Below, one piece after another: positions 1-12,320 of a stretch of DNA of 64,000 bases; the first letter of the stretch is position 1; each line of letters opens with the position of its first letter. This DNA is from Phoronis australis (lineage: Eukaryota > Animalia > Phoronida): contig NMRA01000279.1 in the NCBI GenBank assembly GCA_002633005.1, forward strand, positions 11,233-75,232, read 5' to 3'. The position numbers and the translations under genes were made by a program. The notes below the pieces were generated by a model, which worked only from the letters and a program-made list of their open reading frames with translations, was not told where the DNA came from and did no database searches.

Positions 1-450
1 AAGTTAAATATATGTTTTGAAAACTATTTAGATGTAATTGACAATGTAAATGTTAGATCTGATATGGTAAGATTGAGATGTTCAGCGCATGCACTAATGA
101 TTGAAAAGGGTAGACACTTGAAACTTAGCAGAACAGAAAGGTTATGCCCTCTCTGTGTTAGGACATATGTCGAGTCAGAATATCATTTTGTTATCGAATG
201 CCAATTCTACGATGACCTAAGGAAACGATATTTGCCTGCATGGAGCTACAACAACCCCAATGTTACAAAATTCAACAGACTCATGACTATGGAGGAAAAA
301 GATCTTATATGGTCAAAATGTAAATATGTTCATTTTGCATTCAAGCGAAAAAGAATTCGGTTTACTTCTAGTGTTTGACACTTACCTTTATTGTATTTGA
401 TGATTTGATTGTAACAAGGGCCGGAGGCCTAGTTATTGAATAAATATACT
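1..450 (+). mobile_element. 3' end of a non-LTR retrotransposon (LINE, RTEX-like) ORF2 with CCHC zinc knuckle and 3' tail
   Basis: ORF 64..378 reads LRCSAHALMIEKGRH...ERLCPLC...ESEYHFVIECQFYDDLR, the typical C-terminus of invertebrate LINE ORF2. It is followed by a short UTR and AATAAA near 439. The element is truncated by the window start. Clade is a best guess. Confidence 0.8.
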
Positions 451-1007
451 AATATAGAAAGGGACAGTCCTGTCCACACAAACGTTGCGTAGTTCTTGCT
501 AGTGATCACTTGGAATTGATCAGAATTTCAAATAAGGTCACTACGTTCCATATCGAGATTGCGTTCTAATAGTGCGGTTTTATTTTAGAAATTTTAGCGA
601 TTCGTTTGCTCAATAGAGTCGGTCGACGACCTATGTGGGGTGTGTGTTCATTTTAGAAACCAATATGTTTGGGGGGCTTAAGAGCACTACCGAGATCATT
701 CTAACTTGAATTATTGCTGAGTCAGCCTGCAGAATGAGTCCGATGAAGGCCAACAGGTGCCGTTTGCGCAACTTGAGGAGTTGGCCAACCACAATCATCT
801 CTGAAGTGTTTTCATGAGCCACTCATAATTTTGACGTTCCTGAAATTAATTTCTATCACAGTACGGAATACTAGAATAATTACTTTATGAATTTGATTTA
901 CTTTAGCGTTTGGCATCTAATTATTGAGTGTTTGCTGTTTTATATGATAGCGCATACGGTACGCAAACATACGATTAGCTAAGGTCGTTTTTACTTTTGT
1001 TTTTCAG

Positions 1008-4000
1008 AATCGGTCTATTTTTAAGGTCGGCGCCACTGATCTGACGTTTGAATCAGACATTGATGAGACATCCACCAGCCTTGTTCAATCAGACAGCATT
1101 GTTGACAAGTTGGAAGCATACGAGGTTGAACCAGAACTTCAGTTAAGCGTCATGTCCGGTATGAAGCATGCCTGAATTTGTAAAAGAATCCGACAATGAG
1201 AAAGGTGTACCCCTGGTGTATACACTTATGCCCCTTGAAAGCCTGTCCAAACTATTCAAGCCAAAGATCGTATTGCAGACGCTGTTCAATGCTTAGGACG
1301 AGGACATCATTAGGAAGACTGTCTGTACTGCCCAAAAACTCAGCAATATGAAAACCAAGATACAAAAGATACAAAGAAATTTGCAGGCTTCTGAGAATTA
1401 TTGCACAGTAGAAACGCTTGAACAGGTAAACGAGTACGCGAAAACAATTTCTGACGATGCTGCCTCTTTCACAGCGCAGGTCACAAAGATTCGAAGAGAA
1501 AAATGAGACACGAAGAGACTCGAAATTCTAGAGGAAGACTGGGCGAAATATTGCCAAGATGAGAGCCGCATCGCGGACTTCGAAGCCAAAGTGCAAATGC
1601 TTGAGAAGACAAAGATGTGGGAGCAGCAGGGGATTCGTTACATTGGGAGAAACGATCAGCTTGACGTTAACATTGCCCAAAAGATGTACGTTTTCTACGC
1701 ATCTGGGGTGATGGAGAACACTAAGAACGGTCGTTTGTTCTGGAAATGTCATGCGTCATACACTGATCACCATGACACAGCATTCGTTGTAGTTGACAGA
1801 TCTTTGAGACCAGACCTTTACAATGGAGAAGATTGTATTAAGGTGTATACGGATGGTTGTTGCACATGTGAAGATCTTTACAAGCAAGAGGGGGAAAAGG
1901 TTGAATTATACCTTGTTGTTTGTGAACTGAAGAGAAAAGTCGAAGAGACAACCCGAAAACGTGCGCAGCTAGCGATTCGTTGTCCAGGTTCCTTTTCTTG
2001 TAAATGTCCTGAACAACGAGTTTTGTGGAAGTGCTTTAAATGCTTATTTCCGATTGAATACGGCCTGGAAACTGGTATGTATTATTGTGACTGTGGCTCT
2101 TTTAAGGTATCAGACACGCAGTTTCGCTGCAATTCCATAGATCCTGGGTTGTCTTTTATTGATTATCCGGAGGCTTCGCTTCAAACCGAGTTGTCACATC
2201 TGCAACCAATTATTGAGAAAAACATACTCATCTTGGGCGAAACTGGTGTTGGAAAATCTACATGGATCAATGGGGTGTACAATTATCTTAAATTTCCTAA
2301 TCTCCAAGCTGCCAAAGACATCAAAAACCCGATTGCATTGATACCAGCTAGATTTGAGCTTACCAAAGATGGCAGACGTCATGATGTGAAAGTTGGAGTA
2401 GAGAAGAGCGGAAGAAGAAAATTTGGAGACAGGGTGCTCCGCCACTCAAGTCCCGAAATCCTACTTATTCCAAGGGGCAGGCTGCAGAATCCGCCTGATT
2501 GACACACCGGGAATTGGCGACTCTCGTGGATTGGAGCAGGATAAAAGGAATTTCGACAGCATTCTTAAATTTCTGTGTTATTTTGACGAAATTCATGCCA
2601 TTTGCATACTTCTGAAACCAAACTGCGCAAGACTTACTGTCATGTTCCGCTTCTGTGTACAGGAGCTTCTTGCTCAATTGCACTCATCTGCAGTAAACAA
2701 CATACTGTTCTGCTTTACAAATTCAAGAGCAACGTTTTATCAGCCCGGTGGCACACTTAGTTCGTTGAATAAGATGCTTGGAGACAAGCGCATAGATCTA
2801 CACGCAGGTCCGGAGAATACCTATTGCTTTGACAACGAAGCTTTCAGATTTTTGGCTTGCTTTCAGAATGGTGTTGAATTCAGTGAAGAAGAAGAAGGGC
2901 TTGATGCAAAGAGCTGGGAGAAATCTGTTCATGTCACGAGCAAATTGTTTGCTCACATAACTGAGCTGCCTCCACACCATGTGCGCAATACCATTTGCAT
3001 GAATGAGGCACGAAGGGTCACTTTGGCACTGAGCAAACCAATGGCAGAGGTGGCGGCTACGATACAAGAAAATGAAGAGATTGCAACTAAAAAGAGAAAT
3101 GACGTCCAAGAAGACAAAGTTCGTATGAGTGAACTAAACAAAGAATTGAGATGCACAGTATTTGACATTAAACGTGAACCCCTTTCCCACGGAATGACAG
3201 TGTGCACGGACTACAGATGCGTTGACGAAGTTGAAGTCGGAAAAAAGAAATTGAAAATGACTGTGTACAAGACGGCATGTCACGATCCCTGTGAATGCTT
3301 TCTGTGGGGAGCAATCCCAACTACACGATATACTGCCGCAACTGGATGGTGCAAATGCACTCGGAAAATTTACGTCTTTAGTCAAGCGTGCACCAACTGC
3401 CACCATGCCTACACCAGTCACATGTATACAGACTACAAGCTAAAGCAGTTTGAAAAGGAGTTGATTGATGAAGATGTTCAAGAGAAAGTTCGGCTGAAGT
3501 CCACAGAAAAGGAAAAAAGAGGAGTTCATTCGCCAGATTGACATGACAATTAAAGAACTTGAAAACGAAAAGAAAGAAATTCTCGAAGCCAGCGCTAACT
3601 TTGGTGCATTCCTGAAGCAAAACGCTTTAATTCCATTCAACGACGCTGTAAAGGACTATCTTGATATGATACTTGAGCAGGAGCAAAACAAGGTAGAAGA
3701 CAAAAGAGATAAAGAGAAAGTTCGCCGCATGACACAGCCTCTGCAAATGTACAAAGGGGACAAAAAGCGCTTTGATGATATCGCAACAGGCTCTCCTATA
3801 ACACCAGAAGATATAAAGAGAGTTCAAGACAAGCTATTCGGACTTAAACATTATGGAAAGACATTGAAAGATATGTTCGATGGAATAGCCATATCGAAAT
3901 CAGTAGGAAGTGCTTCTTTTAATGAGCAACGTGTTTTTGTAACTGAAAACAAGACGCCGCCATCGCCGGCCCCGTCAGAGTTCTCGGGCACCACTGAAAG

Positions 4001-4022
4001 AAGCTGTGAACAAGCTGATTAA
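1008..4022 (+). pseudogene. Disrupted SNTX(stonustoxin)-like MACPF/CDC + septin/AIG1-like P-loop GTPase fusion gene (one large exon)
   Basis: Acceptor tttttcag at 1000-1007. 1008-1165 reads ...QSDSIVDKLEAYEVEPELQLSVMSGM and 1168 onward reads ...NEKGVPLVYTLMPL, both SNTX-like. Walker A is NILILGETGVGKST (~2221-2262) and G3 is RLIDTPGIGD (~2492-2521), followed by ICILLKPN, FCFTNSR, a Cys/His-rich segment and a coiled-coil tail. Lesions: in-frame TAG 1294-1296, TGA 1504-1506, frameshifts at ~2405 and in the A-run 3513-3518, and an apparent deletion at ~1165. Confidence 0.82.
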
Positions 4023-5364
4023 CATTTTCAAGGGTTTCTTTTAATGCAAAGCCATGCATTAACTTGTAAATGAACAGTGAACTACAATTATTCATGCGTG
4101 GTACATGCATGCATAGCCTTGTCATTTCTGTGCAGTCATGAAGGGTTTTTGCGGACTTATCTATTTCACGCGCCACACGTGCTGCAAGCTTCGCCACTCA
4201 TCTGCATGCTTTTTTTGGACACATTACTCTTCCATTTCTGATTTTTCTACAAGAATGACTTCGCTAAGCTTTAGCGCTCAAGCCCAATTTCCCATGAAAA
4301 GTGGTTCAAAGTATCGCTTAATGTAAACAAGCACGTGTGAGCATATGTAATATAGCAGACGAATGTTGACTATGATCTATGGTAGCAGTTTTTGTGTGTA
4401 TTCGCTCTGATCAGTCTGAGATGTTTTTGTATGAAGCCTGTGACATTTTAGTGCGAAATTATCTGATATTGCACAAATCTTTTGCACAAATGTTTGCGTG
4501 GTGGTTGACCCACATAGCACCTTATTGTAGTTTGATATTTTATTATTAAAAGCGGAAGTCTATCTAATGTGTTTCTGTTATGCTTGTATAGGCTTAGCAG
4601 TAGTTTCTGTTTGTAATCCCGTGGCGCATATTCAGAAAATAGCTTAACGTTTGCCTATATATTATACCAATTGTAAGCCAGAAAAGGTGGTCTATAAACG
4701 AAAATGTGTCGGCTGTATCGTCAAGGAATGAAGCCCAATACTTGTAATTAGAAGATTGTGATATACAACTTGTCTCTCTTTAGATAAGCCAAAAACCGTT
4801 AAAATGAACTTGTCCTATTTCTCAGCAAGCCTGTTCTTGTTTTACACCAGCTGACAGCGTACATTTTGGGAAACTTAGCAAACCGTAGAAATCTTTCATA
4901 ATGGCTGTGGAAGTAAACAAAGTAACCTATATTCGGAAACCTTCCGAAATATCGTCTAAGTTGTATAACTGTTTGCTTCATTTCAAAAAGGATGCCCACG
5001 CCATAAACTGTACATTTTGCTTGCAAGAAAATAACTTATGGGGAGCAACGTATTAAAATTTATATGGTGAGTTAAAGTCACGTGTTTACAATAAACCAGC
5101 TCCACATTGCGCACTCCTCCATTAATAGAGCAGTACTTCATGAGTTCATTTTGTTTTGGTGTATTAGGTGTTTAAGTTCAACATTACACTGCAACTCAAT
5201 CAGAGAATTGCTATCTTAAGTAATACATTTGTTGTGGTATATTGTTTATTTTAATGCTTAATGTACTCTAAATAATAAGTCATTTTAATGAACAATGTTG
5301 TTGAAGTTGAATTAAAATATCCATCTGTACCCAGTCTGAATTATTCGTGTCACTTGAGAATGAG

Positions 5365-5504
5365 CAGTGCTGTAGTGGTACAATTAGAGGTAAGTAGGCG
5401 CCCAAAGCCCACCGTATCACCTAGAGCACTGAACGTAACTTTCGGTGCGTAGGCGCTACGTCCAAATGCCAAAAGGTGGTTGCCTACCCCCCACTACAAC
5501 ACTG
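5365..5504 (+). mobile_element. hAT-type MITE (family A, copy 1)
   Basis: TIRs CAGTGCTGTAGTGG / CCACTACAACACTG and a perfect 8-bp TSD AGAATGAG (5357-5364, 5505-5512). Confidence 0.9.
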
Positions 5505-7353
5505 AGAATGAGACAAAAAACATTTAACAAATCAAATATAACTAAGGTCTTCATACGCAGATAAAACAAATGTGGGACATTGTCTACCAAGAAATAGTTT
5601 GGACTGTTAAGTACTTGGAGAGACATATTAAGTATTTGTTCCAAGTGAATCATATAATGAACATTCGAATACGAAAGATCTCATTTTCAACTTAGTTGTA
5701 GTTAGTAATCGTTTATCCGCAGGAATATAACGACCAGTTTTTATTTGTTAGGCAAAAGTACCATCGTATGCGTAGTCATAGATGTTGAGTGTCACCTGAT
5801 TTTTTGAGACGCTTTGAAGTTTAGCTTTTGTTTTCATCGTGTGAGGTTTTGGGAAATTAATGCGTAAATTGTTAATGCGATTTCTGTTTGAACGATTATT
5901 TGGGTCAATCTTTAGACCAACGTGTTCGCTTTATAGCTGCATGGTGGTGTTCGTGTTTTGTCAGTAGATTGTTAGATAATGTTGGACTGCAATAACTAAA
6001 GTACATTAGAGGAAACTGCACGAAATTATACTTACATCAATGATGATAATCTTTAGCTATGGTGAGATAAAGCAGGGGGTGATAATCGAACCTTGCCACG
6101 AACACTGAATTTCGAACAGGATCACAGAACCCTTTCCAGCCCTTCATATAGCTTTCCCAGGATTCACATATTAGCAAGCATTTGAGACAAAATGCTTCTG
6201 AAACGGTGTATCCAATCCAACAATTCAATATTCCTGACAAAACCGACCAATCACTCTCGTGGCCGCCATTTTGCTAGGATAGGATGGTTTGCTCACTCGC
6301 TTAAATTTGAGATGTCTTGCGTGAGTTCACTCTTCTGGCAAGAAACTTGATCTACGAAACACTACACTGATTACAATTCACTGTGGATGGGAAGTGTTCT
6401 AGCGCATATCGTAGTGGTTATAATTCAAGTGTTCTAGTGCACATGGTTATAATTCAAGCTCCAGAGAAAGTGTTCTCTTCGTGTAGTACTGTAGTGAGAG
6501 GTGTTCTGGTAGTCTAAATTCTATGGGAAAGCGGCGAGAGTTTCCGTTCCACGCTAAAGGTTCGATCCGTCACCACTCGGTGCAAATGGCAAGTTCAAGT
6601 AACGTTAGTGTTGCTTGGTAATTCTACTTAACTTTGATGCGTAACCAGACAAATGTTGATTTCTCGTGTGATAAATACACTACATTATGATCATTCTTAA
6701 TGAATTCAGTAATAAATTGTTTTGCATTCGCTTAAGTACGTTGTCTTCTTGAATACAGGAACCCCTGCAAATGCTGTACTTAACCAATTTTCTGGACTTT
6801 ATCGGGATACACGTATCAATTATTAAGTGCACGTATTCAAGTACATTTAGACGACCTATGTTGCAAATATTGTACCCCCTAACAACACCGTACTGGCAAG
6901 GGTCTTCAAAGGGTCAAATGGTCTCTTGAATTTCCCTTCTTCTCCGGGTTTCGCCGTCATTCTTTTCTTCTCGACTGCCACGCCCATGCAGGTTCCCACA
7001 GTTTAACCCTGACGCCTGTAAATTACTGGGGGCACTTGTCCCCCTCACTGGCTCCCCCGGTTGTTAGGGTCGTGATTTTCACTTGAGGATGGCTACAGCT
7101 CAGTTCCGACTAACCATTCAGTCTGCGCTCCCATTTACTTTTCAACCATCAGTTAGCTGCAGATGGATCACTAAAAGAACTCAGGTTGTCTTAGGAAAAT
7201 TTTTCAAATCACATGTTGCGAAAAAATTAGACAAATTCGTTGTTCAATCACATTTTCATTAATGATAAAACCGACACATTAAAGAAAACAAACAATGCCA
7301 AATTTGTGAAAGTGTACCGGTTTTTGAATCTGAACTGATTACGGCAGAAACAT

Positions 7354-8069
7354 TTAGTTCAAGTTGTCACGTAAGCACGATAAAATTTCATGGCCAAGAA
7401 ATCGCACTTGCTCTTGGCTAGCCAGATTTGTGACGTAATCGACAGAGAAAAGAAATTTCCCGCGATATGTCGTAGCGTTGAACGACATGGGAAACCCGTA
7501 GTATTGAATGCTGGTGGCGCGCGCTAACCAAGTGACAGTCACGTGCTTGTACAACCCGGGAAACATCAACTTGATATCTCTCATATTAGAAACTCCGTAG
7601 TCGAACAAGCATTTCGGACTTTTTTTCATCTCAGTAACTTGTTGTTTACTGTCGTGCAGCTGGTTAATAGTTAAAACGTTGCGAGCCATGTCTCTCGCTC
7701 TAAGTTTCTCTTGCAACAGTTTGGATGCATCCTTTACGGACTTCCAAAAAGAGACTGATGTGAGATTTGACACTTCAAACGATATAACCCCTTCGCCGAT
7801 ATTGAAACCAAGAACGTCAGGCGTCTCGTAGCAACGCCGCAGACTAACGGCACTCGCCGAAAGGATTTCCGTCTTGTCATCTGCTATGTTGTTACTAGTC
7901 CACTGCTGTTTAGTGTAAGCGCGACTTAGGACGATATTGATTGCTGTCAGAAGAGCCCCGTGGACGGTAGCACCCTCTGACCTACATTTTGCGACAAGTT
8001 TTGACGTTTCTTCATCATTTAAATGGCCAAGGTCAACAAACGCTGTTTTCACCGGCTCCTCACGGTTCG
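7354..8069 (-). CDS. Condensation-domain / alcohol acyltransferase-like protein, copy 1, exon 2
   Basis: Acceptor TTTTACAG|CG at 8070/8069 (phase 1), open to the stop at 7354. Motifs TVHGALLTA, SAVSLRR and DYGVSN are shared with three paralogs. Confidence 0.88.
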
Positions 8070-8633
8070 CTGTAAAACAAAAAAGTATTATTGAAAGCAA
8101 CAAGACAACCTGGACCATGAGTTCATTTCGTGAAACCTCTTGAATAAGTGGTGAAGGGATTGATCTTGTGAAACAAACTTATATTTTGTAAGACGAAGGA
8201 TACAAGCACGTTAAAATTCTCATGTTTTACTCCTGGCAGGCTGCAGAGCCGGCACGGTCACAAAATCGTTGAAAATCTACAATATGAAAACTACTCATTA
8301 ATGACCAAGTTACTTTTCTCCAATAGGACGTATGCCATCATGTTACGATTGCCATAAACGGTGTGGCAATATCCGAAACCATAAGGTTGCAGAACAGTTA
8401 GTCGGTAAATATCTTTTACCACTGTGGATGATCATTTACCACTGACCACAATGCGTTACACCGTACCACGGGAACTCTAAAACCACATACGAACAACTTC
8501 TACCACACGAACAATACTGCAGTGCGCGTGGTTGTCGGTCAGCTTTCCTGATGTTCTTTGTGCGTGGTGGGCATTTTTATGGTGCGTGAGTACTCCGCCA
8601 TTCGTGGAAAATTCTCTGAAGATGTTTTGTAAG

Positions 8634-8896
8634 CAGTGGCGGATTCTGCCAGATAGCATTTGGGAGTTCGGGTGCGAATTGCCGACTAGCACATGTTCGC
8701 AACCAGGGGCGGCTCCGGGGACGAAGGCCCTGAAAAGACGCCGTTTGCCGTTTTTTTTTTAGTCAACAGATCTGGAAACCCAAAATTCGAGGCCCCTGCG
8801 TCCCCACATTTGAGGCTGGGCGCACGCATCTGCCGAAATTCTCGCTATTCCTTTGACCTGCCCCCCCTAACTCAAAATCCCCTGGATTCGCCCCTG
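8634..8896 (+). mobile_element. MITE with CAGTGGCGGAT...GGATTCGCCCCTG termini in the copy 1 intron
   Basis: Imperfect TIRs, with GTAAG on both flanks (5-bp TSD). Related fragments lie at ~35688, ~45030-45140 and ~50432. Confidence 0.7.
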
Positions 8897-10456
8897 GTAA
8901 GGGTTCCTTTTTAACCTTTCACGGTGCGAAGCTAAATTGAGTTTAATTTGCTGGTGGGATTTAAAAAAATTATCAAACGTGTGACATCTGTTGTTGTCGC
9001 ACTCAACGCATATTGTCGCCCCCAACTGTGTTGGCAGCCCAAGAAATATGCAAGAAACCCAAAACAAGATTGTAACAAATTGACCGGGGAAACATAAAGA
9101 AGATGAAAATGAAAAAAATTATTGTGTCGAGACCAGATAAAAAGAGACCTCTGAATATGAATTTTATACCACTAGTGTGTTTAATTCCAGGCTCATTGAG
9201 AGTGTGCTGGTGAGGCATATCACAACCCGATTTAAAAGTTCGCAAACAATTTTTGTCTGGTACGCACACCACCTGGACGAAATAAATACAAACCTGAAGA
9301 TTTGTGTCCCGACTAGATTTTAAAGTACCAGTTCCTATAAATATTATGCGCGAAACTATTGACGATAATAACCAAGAAAGGTGCCAGCCTCGTTAGCCGG
9401 CAAAGTGTGCGTTTCGAATAAGAGCTTCCTAATATGAAGTTTGTAAAAAAGGTTTATGGAAGGGACCAAGGACCGGGTATCGGAAAGAAAGCCTCTCTTG
9501 TGGCTGGTTTCACGCATGCAGTCACCACAAGCCAGTTGCTGGGTAACAGTCAGCTGTATGGATTCCTGATTTCAGAATAACACGCGTTATTCAGTGGAAC
9601 TGGAAGCAACTGGTTCTGAAAACAGGAATCAATTCGGGAGCTATAAAATCTATTGTCAAGTTGCCTCCCTTGCTACGTGTGGTCACTGTCGTACCCCGGT
9701 GTCATTCTACCCGATGCCAAATGGCCAGTCTTTTGGTTATCGATCTCTTCCGCTGTTGCCAATACGTACCGTAATGCCGCGCCATTAGGCCCATTGGCGT
9801 CTGTGCGAAGCTGTGCTTATATGCAAAATTAAGGCGCGTTCGCCAATATGGGAACCATTTGGGTAAAAACACGCGAAAAAGGGCATTATTTCGTATGCTC
9901 CTAAAGGCGCGGCAATGCGGTATGCCGCCACTCCTGATCTATGATTGTCACGACGGCGTCACTCTGAATGGTAACCGTTCTCCAGTCGCGTTCGCGTTTA
10001 AGGTGTAACCGAAGCTTTCTATAATGGAACACAACGCATACGTGAGCGTGAACTTGTGACCTCCGGTAAATAACGTGTTCGCGTTCAACGCGTAGGCGAA
10101 ACTCAAATTTACATGGGCGACGCAGCACTGAAATAAATGGAGAATATAGCACCCCGCAATGTGACACTGTATAACAACACTGTATCTATATACACGCGCA
10201 CATAAAATCGACCCTGGGGGACGATAATTGGCCTACACGTCGAGTGCGACAATGTATGATAACAGTGCGACTCATTTTAGAGACAAGCGCACAATTTTCG
10301 AGGCTATGATCCTCAATTTATGTTCTCACTGTCCAACAATTTTTCTCTCAAACTGTTCGGAAATGGGTTAAGATCTTTGCCTCGAATAATATCCATTTGG
10401 TGAAACCATTTTAATCTAAGTGTAGATTTGCACCACCTGACAACAGAAATCTATAC

Positions 10457-11111
10457 CTGGAAATACACATGACCAGAGGGCAGTGCCTTGGGACAATGCC
10501 AAATCTTCCTTCAACGCGTCAACGACTTCCGACCACAAGTACTCTTTTTGAGGCAAGAGATCCTCGGCAGACGGGTAGATTTTTGTATTTTCCCGTATTT
10601 CCAATTTTTCTCCACCTAAGTTCGCGTCCAAACGCTCCATCAAGTTGTTACACATAATGACATTGGAGGTACCGTCAGTGATCACGTGACACCAACTAAT
10701 CAGCAGGGTGTAAGTAAACGCAAACTCTTCAGTAGGCCTACTCCCGTCAATAAGTTTGACTCTCCACATCGGAACGGTTTCACTAAACGGGGTGTCCAGC
10801 ATACAGTTGAACACATCTAACCAATTGTCCTGCACGCGCTCATAATCGATAGAGGTTGACTGATCTTCACAGAAATACTTGGTGCCTTCAATCTCCCTAA
10901 TAACCATCCGCAACATGGGATAATGACCACGCCACTCCTGCAAACACGTCTTCATGATATCATCGGTGACCGGTTTGGTGGTAGCAAGAGTTAGGTTGTA
11001 AACAATCGTGAAAGACTTCTCAGACACAAGTGGAAGCAAGCCAGCTTCAGATGGACCCAAAGCTCGGACCACACCGTGGTCAGATGTCACTGACGACATG
11101 AAGTTGGACAT
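10457..11111 (-). CDS. Condensation-domain / alcohol acyltransferase-like protein, copy 1, exon 1 (spliced product 456 aa)
   Basis: ATG at 11111 (alternative 11099). Motifs RALGPSE, HYPMLR, PMWRV and catalytic HxxxDG (SWCHVITDGTS). Donor CCAG|GTATAG at 10457/10456. 655+716 nt = 457 codons including the stop. Confidence 0.88.
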
Positions 11112-11620
11112 TGTACTTGATATTTCCTTGTGTTGAACTGAACGTCAACTTCGCCTGATTTGTCAGTGTTCAATATCTGAGTGGGCTTTTAAGGACAACA
11201 GTACCTTCCAGGCTCACAACACCCCGACAATGTCTACAACACACCACAAAACTACGACATCCACAATTTTTACAACACCCAACGAAACAACAACACACCA
11301 AAAAGCTCACAACACAACGGAAGTAGGTGTCGCTGTATTTAAGTCGCTCTCTTGAATTGGAGGAATAATAACATTTTACACCACGGATTTGACAAGATCG
11401 ACATCGAAGAGATTGGAGAATTTACTATTACTGAGGAATACGAGGTTTCGCTACGTAAAATGTCCATCTTGGACAGTGGTTGTTTGTCTCTGCTATGCCG
11501 CAAATGTCAGCGACAGTTCGCGTCATCTTCTGAAAGAATTTGAGTGAGTTTATTGAAACTGACTTACGCCGAGCAAAGCCAGGCCAGGTATACTATACTA
11601 CCACTTCAAGAAGACTACAC

Positions 11621-12078
11621 TGCGGTAGCGTAGTATTGCAAGTTTCGAACCCGGGTTCCCAGGTGTCCTAACGGCTTGACCTAACTGCAATTTCCCGTAG
11701 ACGAGTGATTAAGAGAGAGGCCTTTATATTACAACACTCACTGCAGATTCACCACACTTTTCCCCATCTAATGTAATGAGACTGAGTACGGTCACGCCAC
11801 CTGGAACTCAACATCAGACCGGCCCCTCTTAATCGGCCTCCTCCTCAGCCATTATGGCACTATCAATCTCAGGAGGTTGTGTGATCCCTTTCTGTTGTGG
11901 TGCCTACTTACCATTGTTGGGTGCCAATGTAGTGAAAAATCACCTAGCTAGTCCAAGTTTCAAACCCTGTAGGCCTACCTCTTGATTCAATGCCAGGCGT
12001 CCTAACCAGTCGACCAAAGAGCAATTGCCCATAGGCAAGTGATTAAGAGAGGCCTACACTCACTGCAGATTCATCACA
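11621..12078 (-). mobile_element. Miniature LTR retrotransposon (TRIM) with tRNA-like LTRs, Helenus-like
   Basis: Two related TG...CA repeats (11928-12078 and ~11621-11756) with Pol III box-like motifs. PBS TGGCACCCAAC (11926-11916) follows the 5' LTR and PPT GATGGGGAAAAG precedes the 3' LTR. The interior is ~170 bp and non-coding. Confidence 0.75.
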
Positions 12079-12087
12079 GCATTAAAT

Positions 12088-12320
12088 TGTGGAGGGCGAC
12101 TGTGAGATGCCCAGCCCGGGAATCGAACCAGCAACCCTGATAAAATGGGCAGGCATGCTAACTACCAGGCTAATAATAAGCCCGTTAGTGTGAGGCTAAC
12201 AAAGGCCCGTGATTCACTGGAAGCCCGGAGACAGTTTCATCAAAGTCTCTGCTTTGTTTACGAGGTCGGGTAATCTCAGTAATTACTGCTACGTTACTAG
12301 TGCTACACAGTACCACCACT
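12088..12320 (-). mobile_element. tRNA-derived repeat (SINE head or solo tRNA-like LTR)
   Basis: The minus strand has A-box-like TAGCCTGGTAG and B-box GGTTCGATTCCC (~12118-12176) but no clean cloverleaf. The right boundary is approximate. Confidence 0.5.

Noticed and set aside
1591-4022. Three overlapping ORFs read as an operon or a programmed frameshift
   Set aside because: The GTPase domain is split between ORFs (Walker A in the first, DxPG in the second) and there are in-frame stops upstream. One decayed gene explains this better.
7078-7115. Hammerhead-like CTTGAGGATGGCTAC...GTTCCGAC
   Set aside because: It lacks an intact CUGANGA/GAAA core and stem III. At most it is a dead remnant.
8070-8118. 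Hydrophobic signal-peptide-like start of ORF 7354..8118 (MVQVVLLLSIILFCF)
   Set aside because: It is the intron polypyrimidine tract read in frame. The paralogs show that the exon starts at the AG at 8070/8069.
11621-12176. Functional tRNA genes
   Set aside because: A/B boxes are present, but acceptor and anticodon stems do not form clean cloverleafs. They are embedded in repeat units.
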